A stretch of DNA of 64,000 bases, taken from assembly GCA_044226015.1 (NCBI GenBank), contig JBGAHS010000004.1:448001-512000 (forward strand), in the 5' to 3' direction. Origin of the DNA: Candidatus Obscuribacteraceae bacterium. Lineage in GTDB: Bacteria; Cyanobacteriota; Vampirovibrionia; Obscuribacterales; Obscuribacteraceae. Positions 28,056 to 39,500 of the stretch are shown piece by piece. Within the stretch, counting starts at the first letter, position 1. Each line of letters begins with the position of its first letter. Made by a program: the position numbers and the translations under genes. Below the pieces are notes generated by a model. That model saw only the letters and a program-made list of their open reading frames with translations. It did not search any database and was not told the DNA's origin.

Positions 28056-29429
28056 TCAGGCCAGGCAGGCTGCTTTGACTGTTTCAAACTTCGCTGTGAA
28101 GTGTCTTAGATGGGGCGCCTCTGACACAATCTTCATGCCGCAAACGGAATTGCGTCTTTCATACACGTTTCGTGCTGCTTCAATCACGTAATCGTAGTGG
28201 CTTTGAGAATAAACTCTTCTGGGCAATGCCAGTCGCACTAGGTCTTGCCTTGCAGGAGTTTGCAAACCGTCTTCGCGAGTTTTTCCGAACATCACGGTGC
28301 CGATTTCACAAGCTCGTATTCCTGCTTCGAGATAGAGTTCGCAAACGAGTGCTTGTCCGGGCAGTTCTGCCGGAGAGAGGTGTGGCAAGAATTCTCTTGC
28401 ATTCAGATAGATTGCGTGAAGACCCGGCGGTCTGACAATTGGAATATTGTTCAGAATGAGTCCATTTGCAAGATAACTTGCAGATGCATGACGGTAAGTC
28501 AGGTAGTCTTCATCCGTCGCTTCCCATAGTCCCGTAGCAATTGATTCTAAATCGCGTCCGGCAAGCCCACCATAAGTTGGGAAGCCCTCAGTAATAATCA
28601 ACGTGTTTTTCAGCTCTGCTGCAAGAGATTCGTCGCGAAGCGCGATGAATCCGCCCATGTTTGAGAGCCCATCTTTCTTTGCGGACATCAAGCAAGCATC
28701 TGCAAAGGAAAAAATGATTTTTGCAATAGAGCGAACGCTGCTGGTGTTCATTCCTTCTTCTCGAACCTTAATCAGAAACGCATTCTCTGCAAAGCGCGCC
28801 GCATCAATAATGAGTGGCTTATGGAATTTCTTTGCCAGGCTGCTAACCATGCTTATGTTTCTCATGGACACCGGTTGTCCACCAACTGCATTGTTTGTAA
28901 TCGTTAGCATAATAAAGGGCACTTTTGTGCTATCTTTCTCCAAAAGCTCTGTAAGTGCGTTGATGTCTATGTTTCCGCGAAACAACTCATCGTACTTATC
29001 AGTGGACGGAAGGTCTAAAGCTGTAGCTCCAAGAACCTCAATATTTGCTCTTGTGGTGTCGAAATGTGTGTTACTGGGAACGATATCGCCGGACTTCACA
29101 GTTTGTGCAAAGAAGATTCTCTCTGCTGCTCTACCCTGGTGAACAGGTATAACGTGCGGGAATCCGAAAATTTCTTGTATTGATTTTTCAAATTTGAAAA
29201 AGCTGCTGCACCCTGCGTAAGACTCATCTCCTATCATCATTCCTGCCCACTGCACGCTGGAAAGCGCAGAAGTGCCGCTGTCAGTCAGGAAATCGATTAT
29301 CGTGTCTTCTGCTTTTATTTGAAAGAGGTTGTATCCTGCGTCTTGAAGAAGTTCTTTTCGCTCTGTCTCAGTTGAAAATCTTATGGGCTCTACTACTTTT
29401 GTTCGAAAGGGTTCGATGATTGTTTTCAT
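28056..29429 (-). CDS. tnaA: Tryptophanase (PLP-dependent beta-eliminating lyase)
   Basis: 'IDFLTDSGT', 'GDESYAG', 'HQGRAAE', 'MSAKKDG' (PLP Lys), 'EGFPTYGGL'; 'LRHFTAK' has the His typical of tryptophanase rather than the Phe of tyrosine phenol-lyase. Confidence 0.85.
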   Translation of the reverse strand: MKTIIEPFRTKVVEPIRFSTETERKELLQDAGYNLFQIKAEDTIIDFLTDSGTSALSSVQWAGMMIGDESYAGCSSFFKFEKSIQEIFGFPHVIPVHQGRAAERIFFAQTVKSGDIVPSNTHFDTTRANIEVLGATALDLPSTDKYDELFRGNIDINALTELLEKDSTKVPFIMLTITNNAVGGQPVSMRNISMVSSLAKKFHKPLIIDAARFAENAFLIKVREEGMNTSSVRSIAKIIFSFADACLMSAKKDGLSNMGGFIALRDESLAAELKNTLIITEGFPTYGGLAGRDLESIATGLWEATDEDYLTYRHASASYLANGLILNNIPIVRPPGLHAIYLNAREFLPHLSPAELPGQALVCELYLEAGIRACEIGTVMFGKTREDGLQTPARQDLVRLALPRRVYSQSHYDYVIEAARNVYERRNSVCGMKIVSEAPHLRHFTAKFETVKAACLA

Positions 29430-29829
29430 TGGAAGGTCTCTCTAACAGGATTGATTGCTCTCTAAAGCAGAGAAGGCAAGTGCTCACCGGCACGCTCATA
29501 TTTTGCACTCTGGGTAAGTATCGCTTCTATCATCCTAAGGATTGATCCGCTTCAGTCCAGTAATGCATAAGGTGGACTACACGCAGCGGTTTATAACTTT
29601 AGAACTGGTGAGTGTTGAGATAAAATGGCTGCCTGCGTAGTTCTCTCGCTGCTATGCTTGGGGCGAAGAAATTCAGTGCGTTGCTTCGAATTAACGAATT
29701 TTAGATTGCCAAGCTTATGATCTCTTCAAATAACTGTGCTTCAAGTTTGATTTAGCATTCTACTTCCACGGACTTCGCAGTAAAACAAACAGAGCTGTGG
29801 AAATTATCTCAGCAATGGTGGCGGATTAT

Positions 29830-30447
29830 TTAGGCTGTTTGCAATCGCTCTAGATAGTAGTTTCGTACAGACACTGTTTGTGGATGAATGGGGCGAGCCG
29901 TCTCCATCAGGTGCAGTAGTCCCAAGTCTGTAGCTGTGACGATAGCTTTATTCACGTTGAATTCATTGTCGTAAGACAAAGCTGCCCAAATTGGCGCTGT
30001 ATAATCTGCCGGACGTGTGTCATCGAGGCAATCTGCAAGATAGAGTACTTCGGACAATTTGCACATCGGCACATTGCCTAAAGTGTGCTCGGCAACCGCC
30101 GCGAGAAGGTCATTGTTGGTTATGCCTAACTCTATTCTGGCGACAGCTGCAGCAACCGGTCCGTGTAACAAATGTCCATGCGCTTCTTCAATCGGTCCAA
30201 AAGGGACGGCCAGCTCTCTTGCTTTTGCAACCAGAACATCAGCTTTCCATTCTTTGCATGCATCATGAAGCCAGCCACCGAGGCGGGCTAAATACACATC
30301 GCAATCATGTCTTTCTGCGAGTTTTTGTGCTACTTTGACCACACCCTTGATGTGTTTCAATCGCTTTTGTGAAACCCTTGGCTCTAGCCATTGTTTGATA
30401 TAAGTTTCGTCTATTTGCGGCGGAATACCCTCGATTGAACTGGACAT
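29830..30447 (-). CDS. yqeK: HD-domain bis(5'-nucleosyl)-tetraphosphatase (Ap4A hydrolase)
   Basis: 'RLKHIKGV', 'WLHDACKE', 'LLHGPVAA', 'EHTLG', 'LYLADCL'. Confidence 0.88.
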   Translation of the reverse strand: MSSSIEGIPPQIDETYIKQWLEPRVSQKRLKHIKGVVKVAQKLAERHDCDVYLARLGGWLHDACKEWKADVLVAKARELAVPFGPIEEAHGHLLHGPVAAAVARIELGITNNDLLAAVAEHTLGNVPMCKLSEVLYLADCLDDTRPADYTAPIWAALSYDNEFNVNKAIVTATDLGLLHLMETARPIHPQTVSVRNYYLERLQTA

Positions 30448-30552
30448 TCGGATTTCCTATATTTTGAATAACCGGCTCTGAATATAAATCAAATTTGCTT
30501 CTTCTTCAATGCGGTAGCGACTCGGCAGAAAGCATAGTTTCTTGCCAAGTGA

Positions 30553-33500
30553 CTAATTGCCGGCAAAGGCAGTCAGGCTTGGTTTTGTGTATTGTCTGTA
30601 ACTAACCCCACTGCGATTGAGTTGCGAGATAACTGCCGCTGTTTTTAGCATGTGAGAAACGAGTTTCTTGGCATGAGGCTTTTGGGAAGCCATCAGCGAA
30701 CTAATCGGCTCTACTCTGTCGAATGCTGCAGGTAGTGAAAATTCTGATTCGAACATCACTCTTCCATCACCCGTCCTACTGCTCACGAGATTTCTGTGAG
30801 GAATGGTTTGGGCTGGATTTATTTCACTGAAGTTATCTCTGAATGCGATTGTGCAGTGTCTTCCTGGGGCAATGGCAATACGTTTTCCGTTAACAGTTAT
30901 TTCGACTGCTCCACGATGGGCATCATCAAAATTGAAGACAGTGAGTCCGTTTGCATGCTCCATTACGAGAACAACCGAGCCTGCATCCACCTTAACGTTG
31001 CCAACCTGCGTTTTCACAACTAAGTCTTGCTTCGGGGCGAACAAAATGGAGTTTCCATTCATATGGAACGTGTTTGGAATTGTAACTTTGCTAACGCCAC
31101 CAGTGAGAAATTTAGCTGATGAATTCAGGTCTCGCGCGACACTTGCGCTTTGTTCATTGTTGAACCCGGCCGTATCTGATTCGAATTCAGTCAAAAAATC
31201 CGCGATGATATCGGTGGCAGTCTCTTGAGATTTTGTATTCTGTAGATTCTGATGAGCCCGAGCTGTCGGAACGTTTGAAGAGTTCATGCCGTTGTGTGCC
31301 TTAACGAAGTTTTGGGCTGCGCTTGCATTGTTTTGGTCAAATGCAGCTATGTTAGCGTGGACTACTTGAGCAGAATAGAAGGATGGCATCGCAATTGCGT
31401 AGCTAGCAACATTTTTGACGTTGCTGGATGAGCTCGCGTGCACTGTCGTGTTGAGCGAGCCATTAGTGGTGCTGGTTTCGGTGAAGCCGTTAGCTGTGCC
31501 GATGGCGCTTCCGTCAAAGTTCAGTCCGTTTTCGGTGACAGCTTCGGTTTGAATCTTACCGGAACTGATGAGAACGTCGCCGACCACTGGTGGGTCCGCC
31601 GTCACGATGGCGCCGCTATTCAGCGTTATTGCGCTAGCTTTTGCTTTGTTAGTACTGAAGATGACATTCTTGCCAATTGCGTTAACGTTAGCCACAGGAG
31701 TGCTTGTTGGTCCGGTGATACCATTTGTACCAAAGAAGATGTTGCCACCACCAGCCGTGGAAGTAACCACGTTAGTTGGTGTCGCGGATGTCGTTGGTGT
31801 TGTTGGAATTGGACCGACAACAATCTTCACGTCTTTGCCGCCGACTCCTAACGTCTGAACGGTAGAGTTGCTGCCAATGATGATTTTGCCAGCAGTGTTT
31901 GTATTGTTTAGAGTCAGAGCACCATTATTAGCAGTAATGGTGCTGCCAGGCGATGTTTGCAGTGTACCTGCTTTTGCTACGATGCTTATGTCACCGCTGA
32001 CGGTGCTCAACTTGCCGATGGTGAGGCTGTTATTACCCGTAAGAGTGAAGCTGCCTCCAGAGCCAGAGCTGGCGAGCGTTCCAGCAATTGAGTCTGAAAG
32101 GTTGACGACGCCAGTGCCACTGGTGTTAGCCGAGAGTAGTGGCGTTTTGGTTGAGATAGCTGTTGTGACGGTTGTACCTGCACCGATGTTTCCGCTTCCA
32201 GAAGTAAGCGTGATGCTCTGTTTGCCCGAGATGATGACGCTGCTCTTCGCTGTGCTAATATTTCCAGAGCCCCCGGCATTGACTGTCACTACAGTGGTGT
32301 TTGTGCCACCGAGATTTGCATTAATAGCGATTGTGCCGTTGTTGCCTGTGGCCAATGATATGGCTTTGGCGGCTGTTATCGGCTTGGATATTGTCAGACT
32401 TCCTTGTGTCACAAGTCTGACTTCAGATTTGCTGGCGGAGCCAGCGATAGTCAGGGGAGCAGTACTTGCGTTGTCTATGTTGACTGAACCTGAAGTTGTC
32501 GGAGTGATCGAACCTGAGGTTACTCGAAGCGCTACAGGGCTTGTTCCGACAAGTCCGATGCTTCCAGATGTGCTCTTCAATACGATGGAGCTGCCGGTTA
32601 TTCTATCAAGTCCACTTGCAAATTGATTGAATATGGACCCCTTGCCACCTGCTGTGAGGGAGACGCTTCCTGTTGCAGCTTGAGCTGTGATGTTGCCACC
32701 GATTGCGATGTTAGCGTTGGAACCACTGGTCAACTTCACGCTTCCTGCAGTAATGTCACCGGTGCTTGTGATGCTGCCTGTATTTACCAGGGTGAATGTG
32801 CTGGCGCTGGAAGCCTTCGATGCCCCCAAGGTGAGCGCTGTAGATGTGTTGGAAATGTTTGCGACCTGCCCAGCTATGACAGCCAGGTTATTGGCTGTGG
32901 TCTTGAAGGCTGTGGTCGTGGTGCCGATGCTGCCCGTGGTGGCTTCAAGAGTTAGCTTGTTAGAGCTTAACAAAGCTGCGTTCGACTTCGTGATGTTGCC
33001 TTGAGCTTTCAGGCTGACTGATGTTGTACCGGTCTTGCCGATGCTCGAATTGATGATGATATCCCCAGCCCCTGCTTCGAAAGTCAGGTTGCTTACTGCG
33101 TTTAGTGCAGGATTGTTTGCTGGTCCTCTGACTGTTGTGCTCAGTGTCACGCCTCCGGAAAGGTTCTTCACTGTGATGCTGCCATTTCCTGCGTTGCCTG
33201 CAACACTTAGCACCCCGTAAGTTCCGTTATTAGCCGGTAATGTTGCTTGCAATATCACGAACGGAGTTGTGCTATTGGATTGCAAGTTGATTGTTCCGCC
33301 AACAGCGCTTCCCTTCGCCGCAGCGCTGAGATTGCCAGTGACAATGAGAGGGCTGTTGGCAAGGAGATTGCCAGCCAGAAGGTTTATGGTCGCTCCGGCT
33401 CCGCTTGTTCCGAGTGGGCCAGCAGATATGTTCTCTGGCGCCACCGTGAGCGCTCCGCCGGTCGACACGGTGACAGTGCCACCATTACCTCCCGTGGTGC

Positions 33501-36500
33501 CACTGCTCGCCGCTATGTTCAGGCTGTTGCTGCCACTACCCACGGTGAGTGGAGAAGTGCTTGTCGTGATATAGCTGATTAAACCACCGTTTCCACTGTT
33601 GCCTCCGTTAGCGGTAAGTGTCAGTGGAAGTGTGCCACTGTTTTGGTAGGTGACGTTTGGCGCAGTGATTTCGACGCTGCCACCATTTCCAATACCGACA
33701 CCGTTTTCGGTTATAGAGCTGGTGTTGATATTAAGGATGGCGTTGCTCAAAACTGTTCCAGCATTTAAGGAGAGTTTTCCGCCGTCACCATTGTTGCCGG
33801 AGGGAACTATGTTCAGCTGAGTTGGGTCAAAGTTGAGGCTGCCACCTGTAGAAACAACAGCTGTACCGCCGTTGCCTGCGTTGGACCCTACGGAACCGCC
33901 TGTAGCATTGATGATGATGTTACCTGCAAGTTTACCTATGGAGAAGGTTGCCGTTCCGCTGGTGACAAAGCTGACCTTACCGCCGTTGCCTGTACCTGTG
34001 GCATTGGCGGAGAGAACCAATGCTGACAGACCGCTGCCGGTGTAGGTCAAGGTCGCCGAGTTCAGAGAGATTGAACCGCCGTTTCCGCTGCTATCTGGAA
34101 CCACACTAATCGAGCTATTTGAAAGAGCGATATTGCCATTTAGTGCTTTGAAATCAATCGAGTTTGCAATTGCGGAGTTTACCGCGACATCCAGATTTCC
34201 GTTGAGTGATTCAACTACGATGTGCGGCGCATTAATTTGTGCACCGCCACCACTCTTGGTGTTGGTGCCTGAAGGATTCAATGCAACAAGGCTGAACACA
34301 TTCCCAGAACTGTTTGAGAGCACGCCGGAGTTAACCAGGTTGATGTCCGTATTAGCAGAATCGTATAGGTAGACACTTGCATTGTTGGCAGCTGATGCCG
34401 TCAGGGTAGTAGCTGTAATGTTGAGTGGCTGTGATTTAGAACCGATGTCACCACCTGCAGTGTTGACTACAAGTACGGGGGCATCGAGGATGGAATTGTT
34501 GTCGCCCTGCGCAACCCCTAGAGAACCCGCACTGATTGTCAATGTCGAGGACTTGAGAGACACCGATTTGCCGATGGCTAGTCCGCCGCTTGCGCCGCTT
34601 GTAAGCGCGACTGGACCAGCTGAAATGTTTGACTTGTCGTTAATTGTGATGTTGCCAGCTGCTCCAGTAGTAGCCGTGACAGATGCAGAGCCGGCGCTGA
34701 TACCGCTAAGAACTATATTGCCGCTGAATGTCGTAGGAGTAGGCTGAACGAAACCACCACCTGTGAAGTTACCGTTTTGATCGCTAATTGTACCGATGAT
34801 TTCTGGAGTGGCTGCGCTGACTGATATGGAACCATCTGTACTACCAGTCGTTGTGATGGCACCGAGAGTAGCCCCACCTTGTGCTACAACTGTCACGCTG
34901 CCAGCAGCTCCGCCTATTCCTGTATTTGATGTATCGATTGAACCTAGTGTGACAGAACCATTGTTTTGCGAACCTGCGTGGGCTGCTGCAAGCACGCTGC
35001 CCGAGTTCGCTCCGTCAACACTTGTGCCTGTTTTGATAGTTGCGGACCCCAGGCTGATAGAACCACCAGCTGCATTGGGATTGTTAGCTATGGCGTATAC
35101 GGCTCCGCTTGGTCCAACCTGTCCACCAGTCGCGGGGCTGAAGTTGAATCCAGCAAGAACGCTGAGTGTGCCGCCCTTGCCCAGGTTAACCGACGAACTG
35201 GAGTTCGAGAGATCTATTAGAATGCCTAAAGGGTTTGTGACAAGCACATTGTTTGAGGCGATGATTGCAAGGGATTGACCCTGGAAAATCAAGTCGCTAG
35301 AAAGGAGCACGTCGCCTTGCGAGTTAGCTATGGTACCGGCTCCGCTTGGACTATTGAAGATCAACGGATTGCCTATCAGTACCCCATTCAAAATCAAGTC
35401 GTTTGACAGTACTGTTACTGCCTGAAATCCTTGAATGGTTACTCCAGAATTGACCTGCACAACCTGTCCAAGTCCAGTGGAAGCATCCATTACGGTGTTG
35501 CCGAAGAAGTTTTGATTCCCGGTGAATATGATGTCGTTGTTGCTTGCTGCGCTCGTGCCGACAGCGCTGAGTGTGATCTCAGCGAGTCCGCCACCAGTGA
35601 CCTGCATGGCTCCAGGTGTCGGACCACCAGCGTTTCCGATGAAAAGAGACTGATCGTTAGAACTGGCTATCGCGATGTGTCCGTCAGCTGCTGTGGAAAC
35701 GAGCGTACCGCCGTTCTTGATTGTGAGCGGGCTGAAGCTCAGCCCATTGATTTCGATATTGGCTGCTGTGAATGTTGTTCCAGCCGGGTTTGTAAAATCG
35801 CTAGTATTGAATACTGCCGTGCCGGCAAAATTGCTTGCAGCACCTATAACGATTTTGCTTGCGTCTAAGACCAAGTTGTTACCGGTGGAAGCAAGCAAGG
35901 TCGTTGTACCAGCACCAGTATCATTGATGGCAATGCTTCCCTGCGTATTGGCTTTGATAGTTTGAGCATTTGTGTTGAGAGGGAAGATGGAGTCACCAAA
36001 ATCTCCGCTCACTGCCGTCAGGGTCAAGTCATTGGCAAGAATAGAACCGAATCCCTGCGCCGTGCCTTTGCCACTCAGGTTCAATGAGACTGCCAGGGCA
36101 TTTGTTGTTGGTCCTCCAGTTCCATTAATACTTCCATTAATGATGATGTCGCCATCATTTAGTGTTGCAAGATTCACATAATTCGCGCTTATTCCAGAAA
36201 AACCTGGAATGGACAGGTCGCCCGTTGTAGTGAGGTTGAAGTTATTACCCGTCGAACTGTTAAGAACAGTGAGTCCTGAGAGCGCGAGAACAAACACGTT
36301 ACCACTGGTATTGGCCGATATTGTAGGCGATAAAAGGGTTATCGGGTTGGTAGTCGTACCAATGACTCCACTGTTCGACTGCACGCTGATAGCAGACCCT
36401 GCAGTGCTAATGACGCCGGTTGTTTGAGTTATAGAGCCTACCCCGTCTGCTATGACTGAGACCCCAGTGTTTGCTGTGTTGGAATCTGTTGCACTTACGT

Positions 36501-39500
36501 TTGCGCTGATGATGATATTGCCGTTGGAACCTGGTACGGTTGTCAGCAAGACGTTGAGTCCGCTTACAGAAGCACTCACATCAATGTTTCCCTGTGCTGA
36601 TAAGTTAACTGTGTCGCTGCTGCTGACTGGGTTGTTGACTTTCAGTGTGCCCTTACTACTAGCTGTGACGCTACCGGATGCGTTGACGGTGCCACCGATG
36701 GTGATGCTACCACTCGTGTTGACAGATATCTGTCCACCCGCATCGAGTGTGCCAGTCGTTGATATGTTGTTGTCAGCGACAAGTGTGATTCCTGTGCTGG
36801 ATTTTGTAGTGCCTCCAAGGTTAATGCTGCCGCTGCTTCCAGCTTGAGTTGTCAGGCTCAGAGCTGACCCGCTCAAATCACTAGTGACCAGGATGTTGCC
36901 TTTTGCGTCGACGCTGACGATACCAGTTCCCACGATTGGTCCGGCAAGCACTGCTCCACCGCTGTTTCCGGAGTTCTTCAGGTTGATGTCCACACCCTTG
37001 ATGCTACCTGTGGTGGTGATACCATTGTCAGACTGGATGGAAACAGTGCCGCTAGAGCTGAGGGTTCCAGCGAGAGTCACACTACCGCTGGATCCTGTTG
37101 CAGTGCTGATTGAAATGCTGCTGCCGCTAACGTTGCTAGAAGATGATAGGCTTCCTTTGCCTGCCGCAGTGATGGATCCCTTGCTGGCTGATAGAGGACC
37201 ACCCAGAGTCAGGCTGCCGCTGCTGCCTAAGTTCTGAAGCAGTATGTTCCCTGCCGAACTCTGTATGCTTCCTGATGTGACAATGCTGTTGTCAGAAGAA
37301 ATTGTAACGTCCGCCGACCCACTGACGGTGCCGTCTATCTGTATGCTACCGCTGCTGCCTGGGCTCGTGCTCAGTGTGACCGTGGCACCATTGATGGTGC
37401 TTGCGGTTGTGAGCGCTCCCTTGCTTGTGATATTGACTGCGCCGCTTCCTGTGATCGGACCTCCGATCTTGCTTGTGCCGCTAGTGCCAGTGTTGGCAAT
37501 AGTGATCGCCGTGCCGACTATGCTGCCAGAGGTACTTATACTGCTGTCCGAGAGAATGTTTATAGCAGCTGTCGAATTGAGCGTGCCCCCCAGGTCGACG
37601 CTACCACTCGAACCCGCACTGGTTTGAAGTGATATACCATTGCCATTTATGCTACTGATAGAACTGATGTTGCCTTTCGCCATGACTGACACCAAACCGG
37701 TACCAGTAATGGTGCCCCCGATACTGACGAAGCCGTTGCTTCCCGTGTTAGTCATCGTGATGTTGCTGCCAGTAACTGTGCTAGTCGTACTTATGTTTCC
37801 GTCTGAGTTTACGATGATGTCTCCAACGCTGGTCAATGGACCACCAATACTCAGGCTTCCTGCGGAACCTGCAGCTGTCACCAGAGATATGGTCTGTCCA
37901 TCAATACTGCTGCTTGTGCTGAGTTTGCCTGCTGCTTGCACGCTGACTGCACCGTTGCCTGAAATTTTGTTGGTGACATCGACAGCACCATCATTATCAA
38001 TCGATATTGCATTACCGGCAATTTGTCCTGAAATGGTGAGGGTGCTTGCTTGACCTTTATATACGATCGAACTGTTGTTAATACCCGAGGACAAACCATT
38101 GATAGTCACTGGACCTGAATTTAGATCATTGATGTAGACGCCGCCGCCAACAGTCAAATTACCGGTGCTGGCTTTGAGGGTGGAAGCATTTATTTGCAGA
38201 GGGTTGGCTTTAGTACCGAAGCTACCCGTGCCGGAACTGAGCTGGAGGGCGGTGGCTGAGATAGTCGGCGCTCCCTGGAACAGATCAGTAAGTGAACCTG
38301 TGCCGTTTGCATTAATGACTACCTTCTGTGAGTCACCGCCGTTCAGTCCTGCGATCGCAGCTGCAAGAACAAAACTGCCATTGCTTGTTGATTTGAACGT
38401 GACGTCGTTAGCTGCCAGTGCGCCAGCAAGAGTCACTGTGGAGCCGAGGCTCGTGGAAGTAAGCTGGAATATGTTGCCCGAGGAAGCTCCAAGACTTACG
38501 GTTTTTGTGCTTGTGGCAAGATATACGTCGCCTGTGGAATTGGCGGAAATGAGAGCTGCGTTGCTGCTTATTGGAGTGCCAGCAGTGCCGATGCCACCAG
38601 TTCCTGAACTGAGGGTCACTTCGCTAGCGGTGATGACTACTCCAGGAGAGGACGTTATAGCACCGGTATTACCAGTGGTGACGGTCACGCTCGAAGCACC
38701 GGCGCTGATATTGCCATTTAGCGCAATGTTATTATTGAAAGTTCCGCTTATGGCGCCGAAGCCGCCGGTTAAAATCTTCCCTCCACCAATGACGGTTGTT
38801 CCGAGGGTTTGCGAGTCGGCGGCACTCAAGGAAACTGCACCAGCATATGTTCCTGTGGTCTTAACTGAGCCAACGGTGACGCCATTCTGTCCAATGATAG
38901 TGACCGCACCTGCTATGCCGTTAGTTCCGTTGGCGCTGGCATCAATACTGCCGAGTGTTATGTTGCCACCATGCGCGATAGCAATCAAGTTGCCTGCCGA
39001 GCTTCCGCTTGGCTGAGGCAAGCTAGACAAATTTATACTCACGTTTGCAAGATTGATCGACCCACCGGTTGATGGTCCAGAAATCGTGAAATTGGTGGCA
39101 ACGGGACCTACTTGCCCTGAGGTGGCCGGCGTAAAATTGTAACCAGCGATCATTGTCAGATTACCAGCAAACGCGCCAGATAGATTTATTGAAGTCAAAC
39201 CAGTTCCGTTTATACTGCCCGAAGCCAAAATGGCAAGGTTGCTTCCTGCAAATGTAAGGTTGCTTGGAAGTGTTACGTTGCCACCGGAGTTTGCTATAGT
39301 TCCTGCACTTCCTGGGCTACCGAAAATGAGCGGGTTGCCGATTATTTGTCCTGAACCAACCTGGATGTATTTGGTTGATTGAATCCAGACAAGAGCGTTT
39401 CCTTTTGCGAGCACCTTGTCGTCCACAACAACAGCTTGATTGGCACCAGCTGCTTTCAATATCGTCGAACCATCAAAATTCTGGTTGCCCGCAAAAAGTA

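Noticed and set aside
28056..29429. Tyrosine phenol-lyase
   Set aside because: C-terminal 'LRHFT' has the His typical of tryptophanase (TPL has 'LRFFT'); not fully excluded without a phylogeny.
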